A stretch of DNA of 64,000 nt from an uncultured Chloroflexia bacterium (GTDB taxonomy: Bacteria > Chloroflexota > UBA6077 > JACCZL01), in the NCBI GenBank assembly GCA_963765765.1, contig CAVXYC010000016.1, positions 14,151 through 78,150 on the forward strand, given 5' to 3'. The notes below the pieces were generated by a model, which worked only from the letters and a program-made list of their open reading frames with translations, had not been told where the DNA came from and did not search any database. Below, one piece after another: positions 1 through 10,798 of this stretch (its first letter is position 1; every line of letters begins with the position of its first letter). Made by a program: the position numbers and the translations under genes.

Positions 1-42
1 ATTGCGGACTCATGCGCGGTCCAGCCACACGGGAAGACACAG

Positions 43-717
43 ATGACGGTCCGAGTCTCCGAACCGCGCGCAGAAGGCAGCACACCACCGCCAGAAAGTC
101 TTACGGACGGCCTTCGCGGCCCCGGTACGGTTGTGATTCGAGTCCCACTTGCATCTGTGGGAGAGCGGCCTGAGCGAGACCGTCCCGACTCCTGCACGCA
201 GTGCGGCAGCAGGGGATTCAACGTGCACCAGCGGTCCTGGCGAACTGTGCGCGATCCGCACATCAAGCGGGTGAACGTCGCACGCTACGTCTGCAAGCGC
301 TGCGGCGGTACCAGCAGACTCTATCCAGCCGGTATCGGTCCGGAGCGGCAAACCGCGGCCATCAAACAGATCTGTGCGATGCTCTACTGCATGGGCCTGA
401 CCTATCGAAACGTGCAACAGATCCTGAAAGCCCTCGACTGTCATCTCTCCATGACGACGATCCGCCAGGATGTGCTTCAAGCATGCGCGGTGGAGCAGAC
501 AATGCGCCCATTTGAACGACTCCGCCTAACCCCGCAGCAGCCCGGAAAGCTTAGTGGCCCGGACGGCTCACTGACGGTGCGTCTGCTTGGAACGACTCCC
601 ACCCGTCGCTGGCTCGAGCTCGAGCTACAACAGCGGCCGGGCGGTGCGGAGCTGGAGTGGCGCGCGCAAGTCTGCGCGCGTCAATTCACGAGTGTGGCGA
701 CATCCGTGGGAGTTTGA
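43..717 (+). CDS. Transposase-derived zinc-ribbon + HTH protein, no recognisable DDE domain
   Basis: CTQC...CKRC Zn ribbon followed by HTH-like LYCMGLTYRNVQQILKALD, resembling N-termini of IS1/IS6-like transposases; ORF ends at 224 aa. Confidence 0.55.
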   Translation: MTVRVSEPRAEGSTPPPESLTDGLRGPGTVVIRVPLASVGERPERDRPDSCTQCGSRGFNVHQRSWRTVRDPHIKRVNVARYVCKRCGGTSRLYPAGIGPERQTAAIKQICAMLYCMGLTYRNVQQILKALDCHLSMTTIRQDVLQACAVEQTMRPFERLRLTPQQPGKLSGPDGSLTVRLLGTTPTRRWLELELQQRPGGAELEWRAQVCARQFTSVATSVGV

Positions 718-790
718 GGCATCAACGAGTGCCTCGAGCATTAGTCGTTCTGTACGAAAGGGGCCGCGTGCAGGGAGCGCCCTGAGCGAC

Positions 791-1321
791 TCAGTGCTCC
801 TCGTGATCCACGCGCAGTGAGCGCAGGATTCTCGAGACCATGTTGTAGAAGCCGATTGTCGCGGTGAGCTCCATGATCTCCTGATCGTTGAAGTGAGCGC
901 GCACGGCGGCGAAGGTGGAGTCGTCCGCGTCGAACTCCCGAGTGATTTGCTCAGCGTACGCGAGCACTGCCCGCTGCATGTCGGTGAAAACGGTGCTGGT
1001 GCTCCAGTTGGCCAGATCGTCGATCTGCGCCTGACTCACGCCCTCTTTCACGGCGATGGGAGCGTGCGCCTGCCATTCATAATCTGCTCCGGAGATCTGG
1101 GCGACGCGGCAGATGGCCAGCTCGCGCATGTCGCCTCTCAGGGACGACTCCATCCGCACGGCCGTACCCATGTGGAGCCAGCCTGAAGCGATGGCCGGGC
1201 TATTCATGAGCAGCTTGTAGAGGTTGAGCATGCGCCCGCCGCGCTCGCGCTTGATCTGCTCCACCAGCGGCTTGAGCTCGTCCGGAACCGTGTCTGGGTT
1301 AACCAGTGGGATGCGCGCCAT
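791..1321 (-). CDS. Carboxymuconolactone decarboxylase (CMD/AhpD-like) family protein
   Basis: MARIP..., RELAICRVA...YEWQAH, ELTATIGFYNMVSR motifs; GGAG RBS. Confidence 0.9.
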   Translation of the reverse strand: MARIPLVNPDTVPDELKPLVEQIKRERGGRMLNLYKLLMNSPAIASGWLHMGTAVRMESSLRGDMRELAICRVAQISGADYEWQAHAPIAVKEGVSQAQIDDLANWSTSTVFTDMQRAVLAYAEQITREFDADDSTFAAVRAHFNDQEIMELTATIGFYNMVSRILRSLRVDHEEH

Positions 1322-1337
1322 GAGCTACTCCTTGCTA

Positions 1338-1422
1338 AATGAAGAATGCAGAATTAAGAACGAAGAATAGCCAACAGAGATTACTGACCTAATTCTTCAT
1401 TCTTAGTTCTGCATTGTTCATT
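1338..1422. repeat. Inverted pair of heptamer tandem repeats
   Basis: GAAGAAT-GCAGAAT-TAAGAAC-GAAGAAT mirrored by ATTCTTC-ATTCTTA-GTTCTGC-ATTGTTC. Confidence 0.8.
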
Positions 1423-1425
1423 AGC

Positions 1426-1956
1426 TCAGTGCGCCTCTGAGTCCACCCTCATGGTTCGTAGCACGCGCGATACCATGTTGTAGAACCCGATGGTTGTCAC
1501 CAGCTCCAGCGTATCGCGCTCATTGAAGTGCTCACGCACGGAGCTAAAGAGCGCATCGTCCGCGTCGAGCTGTGAGGTCATAGAGTCGGTGAGCTCCAGC
1601 GCAACCCGCTGCGCCGGCGTATAGACATCCGAACCGCGCCAATCGCGCAGCGCATCGATCTGCGCCTGGGTTGCGCCGTCCTTGATGGCGAACGGCGCGT
1701 GTGCCTGGAACTCGTAGTCCGCGCCATTCGTGAGTGCGACGCGACAGATGGCGAGCTCGCGGATCGCGCCGTCCAGCGTGCCGCGGAAACGAACGGCGCT
1801 GCCCATGTGTATCCAGCCCTCGGCGATCGGCGGACTATTCAGGAGCATGCGGAAGAGATTCGATACATTGCCACCGCGCTCGCGTCTGATAAGCGCGATC
1901 GTCTCCTGTAGCTCTGCAGGGGCGGTTTCGGGATCGATATAAGGGATTCTGGCCAA
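1426..1956 (-). CDS. CMD/AhpD-like family protein (tandem paralog of 791-1321)
   Basis: Same length (176 aa) and motifs (RELAICRVA, YEFQAH, TIGFYNMVSR); TTG start. Confidence 0.9.
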   Translation of the reverse strand: MARIPYIDPETAPAELQETIALIRRERGGNVSNLFRMLLNSPPIAEGWIHMGSAVRFRGTLDGAIRELAICRVALTNGADYEFQAHAPFAIKDGATQAQIDALRDWRGSDVYTPAQRVALELTDSMTSQLDADDALFSSVREHFNERDTLELVTTIGFYNMVSRVLRTMRVDSEAH

Positions 1957-2061
1957 TTGGTAACTCCGATGAGAGGTGAGTTAACTGTTGACAGTTAACA
2001 GTGAGAGACGAAGCATTGGCCGCTGATAGCGCGTGCCGTTACTGTCGACGACTGTAAACCG

Positions 2062-2340
2062 TCAACTCCGTTTTGCCTTCGCGTCGGCGCGGCGGAAGAG
2101 CGATTGTGACATACCTGCGCGGATCGCCATGATCCAGGCAATGGCGGCGTCGATTTCGGCGTCGCTTGCGCCAGCATGCCTCGCACCTACGAGGCGACGC
2201 TCCGTTCAAGGCTCGCAGTTGCCGGTGATGACAACGGCCAGACCAATCAAGGCTTTAGTCTTGGGATCCAGAGCGTCGTTGTCTCGACAGTGGGCGTACC
2301 ACTCCTCGAACTCTTCGAACACATTGACGGAGTCATCCAT
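2062..2340 (-). CDS. Predicted selenoprotein, small AhpD/CMD-like protein with CxxU motif (92 aa)
   Basis: Manual translation MDDSVNVFEEFEEWYAHCRDNDALDPKTKALIGLAVVITGNCEP(UGA)TERRLVGARHAGASDAEIDAAIAWIMAIRAGMSQSLFRRADAKAKRS*; in-frame TGA at 2208-2206 in the second Cys position of the AhpD CxxC; CMD-like pattern continues past the TGA; SECIS-like hairpin follows. Confidence 0.85.
2173..2201 (-). promoter_or_regulatory. Bacterial SECIS element
   Basis: AGCGU-C-GCCUCGU-[AGGU]-GCGAGGC-AUGCU stem-loop; G-containing apical loop at +18 to +21 after the UGA. Confidence 0.8.
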
Positions 2341-2423
2341 GGCGGGTTCCCTGGTGAAAGTCTCCGCGCATGGTAGCAGAGGTTTGTTCGATCAGCGCCT
2401 GCTAAGAAGGCTCAGTTAACGCC

Positions 2424-4218
2424 CTAGTATGGCCGTCGCCGCAGCCGGCCCGCTGATCGCTGGCGATGCAATCGCGAGTGAAGCACGGTTGCCGACCGCC
2501 CTTCGGCTCTCACCGGGGTGGATCGCGATGAGTGGGGGGTTTCGATCTCCGCGAAGAGCTCGCGCACTTCGTCGGCTTCAATGGTCTCCCGCTCCATGAG
2601 TCGCTTTGCAACCCGCTCAATGGTGGACCGATTGGTGCTCAGGATCTCGTGGGCCAGGCGATGGGCATGAGAGATCACCTTACGGACCTCCCGGTCGATC
2701 GCACGAGCGGTATCCGAGCCAACCCCTCGATACTCATCCATGTCGTAGCCGTAGCCCGCTCCGGCAATAGCCATGGGGCCAATCCCCTTGCTCATGCCGA
2801 ACGAAGTCACCATGCGCCGGGCCATCTCCGAGGCACGCTGAAGGTCGTTTGAAGGCCCGGTAGTGACCTCGCCGAAGATGAGCTCCTCTGCCACGTGTCC
2901 GCCCATCGCGCAGGCTATCGCCGCCTCGAAGTCGGACTTGCGCCACATGTTGCGATCCTCCTCTGGAGCCAGACGCGTATAGCCGCCGACCATGCCCCGC
3001 GAGACGAGCGAGATTTTCATGACTCGGTCCGCGTTCGGAAGCGCGGCCGCCACCAGCGCGTGGCCCACCTCGTGATACGCGGTGATCACGCGTTCTTTCG
3101 CGCTGAGGAGGTGACTCTTGCGGCGTGGTCCAGCCACAACGCGGTCCAGTGCCTCCTCGAGCTCCAGCTGGCCGATACTCGTGCCCTCTCTGCGGGCGGT
3201 AAGGATGGCCGCTTCGTTGAGTACGTTTTCGAGATCCGCACCCGAGAGCCCTGTGCTCTGCCGTGCCAGGTAATCCAGGTCGGCGTCTTCCGCGAGCGGT
3301 TTCCCGCGCGCATGCACATCCAGTATCTGTCGACGCCCCGCGGCATCGGGCAGGTCCAACTGTACCTGCCGATCAAAGCGGCCCGGCCGCAACAGTGCCG
3401 GATCCAGAATGTCGGCGCGGTTCGTCGCGGCCAGCACGATCACAGCACTGCGATCGCTGAACCCGTCCATCTCTACCAGAATCTGATTCAGCGTCTGTTC
3501 GCGTTCCTCGTGCGAAACACCCGCGTGGCCACCGCGGCGGCGTCCCACCGCGTCTATCTCATCGATAAAGATGATGCACGGTGCCAGCCTGCGCGCTTCC
3601 TGAAAGAGGCTTCGAGCACGCGACGCACCGACACCGACGTAAAGCTCTACGAACTCCGAGCCCGAGCTCGAAATAAATGGCACACCCGCTTCACCCGCGA
3701 CCGCTCGTGCGAGGAGCGTCTTACCAGTACCAGGCGGGCCTACCAGCAAGGCTCCACGAGGAACACGCGCGCCCAGAGCCGTGAAGCGGTCCGAATTACG
3801 GAGGAACTGAACAACCTCCTCAAGCTCTTCTTTTGCCCTCTTCAACGCCGGCCACATCTTTGAACCGGGTGGTCGGGCGCTCCGCGGTGATCGTCTTGAA
3901 ATGATTCGAGGATAGGATTTTGCTGGGCGAGGAAACAGTTGACCTGGGAGTTTCCTCAGGAGCCGCGGATCTGGCGCGAGAGGCTAGCGCGGAGCGCACG
4001 CCGAAGACGAGCAACGCCGCGAGCGCTATTGCGGGAACAATGAGGTATACGCCGTTCAGCCATTGAGTCCACTGTGTGAAGTCCGCCAGCCCGGCGTTGG
4101 TCAGCGTATTGAGCCACGGTACGCTCAGTGCGACCAATGTCACGATAAGTAAGAATATCGCGAAGGTTCCCATACCGTTGGGTGCTTCACCTCCCCCAAA
4201 CCCACGTCCCCGAGCCAT
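2424..4218 (-). CDS. ftsH: ATP-dependent zinc metalloprotease FtsH family (frameshift near 3840)
   Basis: Two N-terminal TM segments, FKDVAG, Walker A GPPGTGKT, Walker [24 protein letters not shown] zinc motif. Confidence 0.9.
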
Positions 4219-4339
4219 GCGAATCTATTCTCCTGTGCCACACCGCAGCGACGCGGAACTCTGCAAGAGGCATGCCGTAAGCGGCGCTGAACAGGCCGGA
4301 CTTTACCGAATGAGCTCGAGGTAGCTTTTCCCAGCCTGA

Positions 4340-6590
4340 CTAGGAAGCGGGCGCGAGATGTTTCGCCGTCAATGAGTCAGGGACGCCGAGGAGGTCGCGA
4401 GGAGTGCCCGCGAATACCACCTCACCGCCGCGACTGCCACCCTCCGGACCCATGTCGATGATCCAGTCGGCGTTGCGGATCACATCCAGGTTGTGCTCGA
4501 TGACGATCACGCTATTCCCGCTGTCCACGAGACGGTTCATAATCGCCAGCAGGTGGGTGATGTCCGACATATGCAGGCCCGTTGTCGGCTCGTCGAGCAC
4601 GTAGACGCTACCTTCCTTATGGAGCTCACTGGCCAACTTGATGCGCTGACACTCGCCGCCCGAGAGCGTGGAAAGCGGCTGTCCCAGGGTCAGATAGTCC
4701 AGGCCGACGTCGCTCATCGCCTGAAGCTTGCGGCGGATCATTTTTTGATGGAAGAACTCCAACGCCTCAGCGACGGTCAGTGCCAGCACATCGTTGATGG
4801 ACTTGCCGTCAAGCTTGTATGCCAGGACCTCGTCCTTGAATCGACGCCCTCGCAGATCTCGCAGGGAGTCTTGATGCCATCGAGAAATGCCAGGTCCGTG
4901 TAGATCACACCAGAGCCCTTACAGTTCTCGCAGGCGCCTTTTGAGTTGAAGCTGAACAGACCCGCATCAGCTTTATTGGCACTGGCGAACGCCTTCCGGA
5001 TGTCGTCCATCACGCCGGTGTACGTGGCTGGGTTTGATCGTGAAGTGGTTCCGACCGCTGATTGATCGATCACAATCGCTTCCGGATGCTGGCGCAGAAA
5101 CACGTCCTCGATAAGCGAGCTCTTGCCCGACCCCGCCACGCCGGTGATGACTGTCAGCACGCCCACGGGAATATCCACGTTGACGTCCTTCAGGTTGTTT
5201 GCGCGCGCATTCCGCACGGGAAGCGTTCCCGCGGGCGCCCGCACGTCTGTCTTCATGGGCAGTGAACGCTGAAGATACTGTCCCGGTGAGCGTGTCCGCC
5301 TTCAATAGATCCTGGAAGCTGCCTTCGAAGACGATCTCACCGCCCGCGGTCCCGGCATGAGGGCCAACATCGACAATGTGATCGGCTCCCTCGATGACAT
5401 CGCGATCGTGCTCCACCACCAGTACAGTGTTGCCCTTGTCGCATAGCTTTCGGAGTAGCTCATTCAGCCGATGCACATCGCGCGGATGGAGACCAACGCT
5501 CGGCTCATCAAAGATGTACATCACGTCAACCAGGCTGCTTCCCAGGTGCTTGACCATCTTGACGCGCTGCGATTCACCGCCCGAGAGAGTGTCAGTCTCC
5601 CGATTTAGACTCAGGTACTCCAAGCCGATGTCGGCCATGTGCTGCAGCCGCTCCACGAGGGCATCGACCATCGGCGCGGCAACGGAGTCGGTGATCTCCC
5701 GAAGGACCGGGATCAGATCGCCGATCTCCATGCTCGACAGCTCGGCAATGTTGCGACCGTTGATTCGACAGCTCAGCGTGGCCTGGCTCAGGCGGGCTCC
5801 TTTGCAGAGCGGGCATGGCTGAGGCCTGATGTACGGCGCGACGGCCTTCTGGGTGCGCTCGGAAAGCGTCTTGAGGTCGCGACGCACATACGACTTCTCA
5901 ATCTTCTCGATGATGCCCATATACGTGGCGTTCATCGTGGTGGCATCGCCTATCTTCAGCGGGTACTTGCGCGGCTTGCTATAGAGCAGCAGGTCCAGCT
6001 CTTCAGGTGTGAAGTCACCAAGCTTCTTGTCGTTGTCGAAGAACCCGGACGCCGCGTACCACTTGGACTCCCAGGAGGCGAAGAACGGCACCTGGATGCC
6101 ACCATCATTAATTGACTTGGAGTAGTCGAGAAAATCATCGGCAATCACCCCGAGCTTCCTGCCGATGCCGTTGCACTCCGGGCACATGCCCTGCGGATCA
6201 TTGAACGAGAATGCGTTGGAGTACCCTATGTGAGGCTGACCGACGCGAGAAAAGAGCAGGCGCAGAAGCGTGTAAATGTCAGTGATCGTTCCCACCGTGG
6301 AGTGTGACCCGCCACCAAGCCGCTTCTGGTCCACGATCACCGCCATACTAAGGTTCTCAATGGCGTCCGCGTCCGGCTGCGGGTACCGGGGCAAGAAATT
6401 CCGGACGAACATGCTGAAGTTCTCGAAGAGCTGCCGCTGCGCTTCGGTGGCGACCGTGTCGAAGACGATTGAGGACTTGCCCGAGCCCGAGACGCCGGTG
6501 AAGATGGTGATCTTCCGTTTCGGAATCCTGAGCGACACGTTTTTCAGGTTGTTCTCGCGCGCCCCCGCGAATCTCGATGTATTCGGACAC
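4340..6590 (-). CDS. uvrA: UvrA-family ABC ATPase, DrrC/UvrA2-like paralog (several frameshifts)
   Basis: [19 protein letters not shown], Zn fingers, LSGGESQR, second [27 protein letters not shown], spread over four ORF pieces. Confidence 0.85.
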
Positions 6591-6717
6591 GTTCCACCTT
6601 CCGCGTGAGTGGCCCCGGGAGGTTTAGAGGGTACAGAGCCAACGGGGCTAAGGTGAAACGAACGGAACGGCGCGAGGGCGCGGAATTCGGAACCTTCTCT
6701 TTTCTGATCGCAAGCCA

Positions 6718-6804
6718 TAGCAACGGGCTTCCAGCCCGAACGCGCAGCGCGTGAACTACCTTTACTAACCTTGCTACGCGTACCGGGTGGAAGCCCGTTG
6801 CTAC
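6718..6804. repeat. GTAG-type REP doublet
   Basis: TAGCAACGGGCTTCCAGCCCG ... CGGGTGGAAGCCCGTTGCTAC inverted pair. Confidence 0.7.
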
Positions 6805-6827
6805 GTGACTCTTGTGAGACGGAGCTG

Positions 6828-7304
6828 CTACTCCACACCCAGCTCCCGGGCTAGCGCCTCAAAGAGCTCGCGACTGCCCTCCTCACGCATGCGCGGGGCA
6901 TCTTCGGAATCGAAATATGCTCCCTGCTCGGTGAATGTCAGACGCACCCCCTCGCCAGTCGGCTCGAGCTCAACAGTTGCGAGCGACGCTGAGATGGGTG
7001 AATCTTCGACGGCCATACGGTAGGCGAAAACGATGCGCCACTCTGGCACGATGTCCAGATAGATGGTCTCGTTGATGATCGGCGGCCCGCCCTGGTAGCG
7101 GAATCGTGAGAATTCCCGCCCTCCGACCCGAAAGTCGGCGGTGTACTCCTCAACTTCCCATCCCTCGCCTTCGGCGAACCAGCGACGCTTGGTCTCCAGG
7201 TCGGCGAAAGCAGCGAAGACGCGGGCCGGCGAAGCGGCGAAGGTTCGTTCAATACTGAATGTGCTATGGATGGCGAACGGCTTGCCTGTCATCTTGTCTA
7301 TCAT
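6828..7304 (-). CDS. SRPBCC/AHSA1 (START-like) domain protein
   Basis: FSIERTFAASPARVFAAF...DFRVGGRE...LTFTEQG pattern. Confidence 0.9.
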   Translation of the reverse strand: MIDKMTGKPFAIHSTFSIERTFAASPARVFAAFADLETKRRWFAEGEGWEVEEYTADFRVGGREFSRFRYQGGPPIINETIYLDIVPEWRIVFAYRMAVEDSPISASLATVELEPTGEGVRLTFTEQGAYFDSEDAPRMREEGSRELFEALARELGVE

Positions 7305-7319
7305 GATGTGCTCCTTTTC

Positions 7320-7469
7320 TTATCGCGGGAAGTTGTAGGTCAGATGAACGGTGCGCTCTGAGTGCCGGACATCGGCAAGCTCGAGCCGACCGAGGCGCTC
7401 GACGATCGCCCGCCGCGTCGCCTCATCCAGCGACGAAAAGACCCAGTCCACCGCGGATTGGTCAAGCAT
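7320..7469 (-). pseudogene. Truncated ArsR-family regulator remnant
   Basis: MLDQSAVDWVFSSLDEATRRAIVERL resembles the N-terminus of ArsR proteins usually paired with SRPBCC genes; HTH core missing. Confidence 0.55.
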
Positions 7470-7514
7470 CGACTTAAGTATTGCAGAGTGATGGGCGATA
7501 GTCAAGTAGACGCT

Positions 7515-7649
7515 TTAGTATCCCCAGATCCTTGGACTGCGGCGGTCTTCGCCGCTTTCTACTAGCGCGAAGCGCATCCGCCGACGCGCTTCCAGCCTCG
7601 CGAGAAAGCGGCGAAGACCGCCGCAGTCCAAAGGATCTGGGGATACTAA
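7515..7649. repeat. Long palindromic REP/MITE-like element
   Basis: TTAGTATCCCCAGATCCTTGGACTGCGGCGGTCTTCGCCGCTTTCT ... AGAAAGCGGCGAAGACCGCCGCAGTCCAAAGGATCTGGGGATACTAA near-perfect arms. Confidence 0.85.
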
Positions 7650-7661
7650 GGCCACCGCAGA

Positions 7662-8267
7662 TCAGGCTGCGCGCAGCCGCCAACCCAGCACGGACATCGC
7701 GATTCCATACACCGCGGTCGCCGCGATAATCAGGGCACCGCCCGCCGGACCGGCACGCCTCCGGCCGCGAGCAGCGCCAGTGAAACGCCAACGAGAGCCG
7801 CGTGAATCCAGCTCGGTCCAAACCCGGCCCGGTGGCAGGCGAAAGCTAGCGGGACGCTCGACACAACCCAGAGGAGCGACAGGAAGCCACCGACTGCGCC
7901 GAACCCCGTAGCTTCAATACGCTGCATCATCTCATGTCCGACTTGAGGCGCAACGTATTGCCTCCAGCAGCAATCCTGGCGCCATGCCAATTGCCCCGTG
8001 ACGACCACCATCGCCGCGGCAATGGGAGCGTAGGCCCCGGCGCGGCGCATCTCGAGCGCCTCTATGAGTGCGGGCAAGCCGAGCAATAGCACCGGAAGAC
8101 TCAGGAGGCACAGCAGATGCGCCGCCTCCCACGTGGCCGCGCGGTACGCGGCATCGCTGTGCTCCAACGGATGCAGCAGGTTTCCCATGGCGAACATTAA
8201 TCCGCCAACGATCAGTGCCCAGACCGGAGACGGCGGCGCGAGCCACTGAATAGAGCCGTTCGGTCAT
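7662..8267 (-). CDS. Hypothetical multi-pass membrane protein (frameshifted)
   Basis: Several hydrophobic helices (LLHP..WEAAHLL..) across frames; stop at 7662. Confidence 0.55.
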
Positions 8268-8425
8268 GGTGCGCGGCAGAATCCGGATCTCCTGACAGGC
8301 GAGTCTACGTCCAATCGGCGGGTAGATCCTTCGCTGCGCTCCAGGATGACAAGGATTCACTTCCAGACACGGAGCCGCGCGCATACGGCGGACTCTGTAT
8401 CGTCATTCGGTCCTGCCGTTCCTGC

Positions 8426-9282
8426 CTAATAAATGATCGAAGGCAGGAACGCGCCTTTGGGCTCGTTGTAGAGACCGATGCTCATCAGCGTCAGCGGCTG
8501 AACGACGCGCAGACCATGCTCCAGGCACCAGCGGAATACTTCGCTATTGCGTGTGGGCAGCAGGAACCCACTTGGATGGAACTCTGGCACGGCGCCGATC
8601 AGCGCCTTCAGGTCTTCATTCGTCTCGGCCACTGCATGGCCGAAGAACGTGAGCGAGGATGCGTACCCGGAGATTCGACCTGCGTGCTCGACCACCGTGG
8701 CGGTGCCCTGGCGAATGGCCTCAAGGAGCTCGGTAGTACGCGAGAAGCCGTGCACCTTCACGCTCAGCGAGTCGCACGCATCAAGATCGCTCTCGGTGGC
8801 CGCCCGCACGGAGTGGCCCGGTATTTCAACTCTCAGAGCGTTACCGCCGATGTTTGAGAGCGGCTCCCGCGCGTCGAATCCGAGCTTCGTGTACAGCGAC
8901 AATGAGCGATTGTGATAGGCCGACTGCACCAACCGAACGCCGCAAACTGCTGCTCGCGTACGCGCCGGAGGACGTCTTCCATAAGCCGTCGGCCGATCGA
9001 GCCATTCTGGACGGACGGGTCAACAGTGATGGGCCCCACGCCAGCAATCGGCGCAAGCTCCCACAGGAAGTTGCTCCCCGCCACGCGCCCATCAACTTCG
9101 GCCACAACCGAGTAGACGTCGGAGCGCGTGAAGATATGGGAGACGAGGCCGATTCCTGCTTCTGGCGATGGGAAATCGGCAGGAAAATTGTGCTGCCCAG
9201 AAATCGATTTGAAGGCTTCGTAGCAGATCGTTCCACATGCCACAGCGTCTTCTGGTTTACCGGGTCTCAAGATGATGTCCAT
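8426..9282 (-). CDS. Two-domain GNAT N-acetyltransferase (frameshift near 8940)
   Basis: VGPITVDPSVQNGSIGRRLM, LYTKLGF acetyl-CoA motifs; second GNAT-like domain. Confidence 0.85.
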
Positions 9283-9567
9283 CGATATGCCTCTTGAATG
9301 TTGACTGATCGGAGATTATGACGGTGCGGGGGGCGATGCGTGCACGATAGCTTTTGTCGGCTTGACCGAGGCGAACGTTCCAAACACGCAGCTTTGGCGG
9401 GCAGATCTCGCCAAGTTCGGCATATCGCATGCAGTTCAAGCTATGCAGATTCGTCTAGCCAGCAAAGGCGGGTAGATTATCGGGCGCCACACCTTATCCC
9501 GCTAGCAAGCCAAATGCGAATAGGCCCCTAGCAGCCTGACTGGCACCGCTGTATCGCCGACTGATAA

Positions 9568-9945
9568 ATGAGGGAAAGCATGCCACGATCAACTATTGAG
9601 GCGATCTATCAGCCGCTGGCGCAACTCGAGAGCGGTGAGCCTGTACATTTCATTGATACGAAGAACGGAATCGAGATACCTATTGCCGGGGCTGTCAAGA
9701 TTCTGCTTCACGTCAGAAATGACGGCCCTTCGCTGGCTACCGTAGTGATCCAGGGCGGCAATCCCAGAGTGAGCCCGCACGGGAATGGCGAGGACGAAAT
9801 TATCCAGGTCGCGCGGCGTGAAACGCGATTTATCGGACCGATCGACGTCGCCGCGTTCGCTCAATTAGGCGATGTGCTATGGCTAGATTTCACCCCCGAA
9901 ACCGTCGGCCGACTGAGCGTGTACCGCCTCAACCAGACTGGTTAA
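9568..9945 (+). CDS. Hypothetical beta-rich protein, resembles small phage head-associated proteins
   Basis: Compact ORF with GNG..IIQV...FIGP.D...FAQ....LDF pattern; resemblance from memory only. Confidence 0.5.
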   Translation: MRESMPRSTIEAIYQPLAQLESGEPVHFIDTKNGIEIPIAGAVKILLHVRNDGPSLATVVIQGGNPRVSPHGNGEDEIIQVARRETRFIGPIDVAAFAQLGDVLWLDFTPETVGRLSVYRLNQTG

Positions 9946-10123
9946 TCCATGGGCGTCCGCCACAATTTCCTGCCCGCTAGAGGGGCGCTCCGGCCAGAGA
10001 AGAATTATCCTGCTTGACAGGTGGCCCGCCCGGAAGTATCACAGGCGCACAGCGTGGACCGTGTACTGGCGTGATGAGTGTCGCGCGCGGCGACACTTCC
10101 GGCTGGTCGAAAGGAGCCGAACG

Positions 10124-10624
10124 ATGACACAGGTGGAAAAGAACCCGTTGGACAGGTCAGGGGTTATCACCGACGAGAAGCTGAGCGGCGACCACGACTA
10201 TCAGAGGCGGCAGAAGCTGGCCACCAAGGGCTGGCAGGTGGCCAGCATTCCGGACAACGCCAAGCCCAAGCCTGGCGGAGGTAGCTATATCAAGCTCACC
10301 GACAACCGCCATGCTGAAGCGGTCATCAACGTCTACCCGCCGGGCAAGAAAGACGAGATGCACTGTCACCCAGGGTCAGAGCACATTTTCCTGTGCTTCC
10401 AGGGTCAGCTCCACATTTACGGTCTCGAGGACGGCGAGGATGTGATCCTCAATCCTGGAGAGCTGGTGCACATTCGTGCCAGCTACTACTACCAGCTCGC
10501 CAACGAGACCGATGAGCTCACCGTGCTCTACCAGGTAGCCACCAAACCGGCCAAGCCACCGCGCATCACCCGCTACAGCTATCGCGGCAAGGGCGACGTC
10601 GACCCAACGACGCTCGAAGGGTAA
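10124..10624 (+). CDS. Cupin domain protein
   Basis: AAGGAG RBS; MHCHPGSEHIF metal-binding cupin motif, LNPGELVHI. Confidence 0.85.
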   Translation: MTQVEKNPLDRSGVITDEKLSGDHDYQRRQKLATKGWQVASIPDNAKPKPGGGSYIKLTDNRHAEAVINVYPPGKKDEMHCHPGSEHIFLCFQGQLHIYGLEDGEDVILNPGELVHIRASYYYQLANETDELTVLYQVATKPAKPPRITRYSYRGKGDVDPTTLEG

Positions 10625-10798
10625 TCGGGCCGCAGAGCGCTTGGCATGCGGCGCTCCCCCACGCCGCATCCAAAGCTCCGGGCGGATGTCGCCTCCATAG
10701 AGCCCACGGCTGATCGATGGCACGGCCATTGCGGGGCCGCCGGGTTAATATTGGAGTGGTCGCGACCACTCCGGGCATCGTGGTAAATCAGAAACAGC

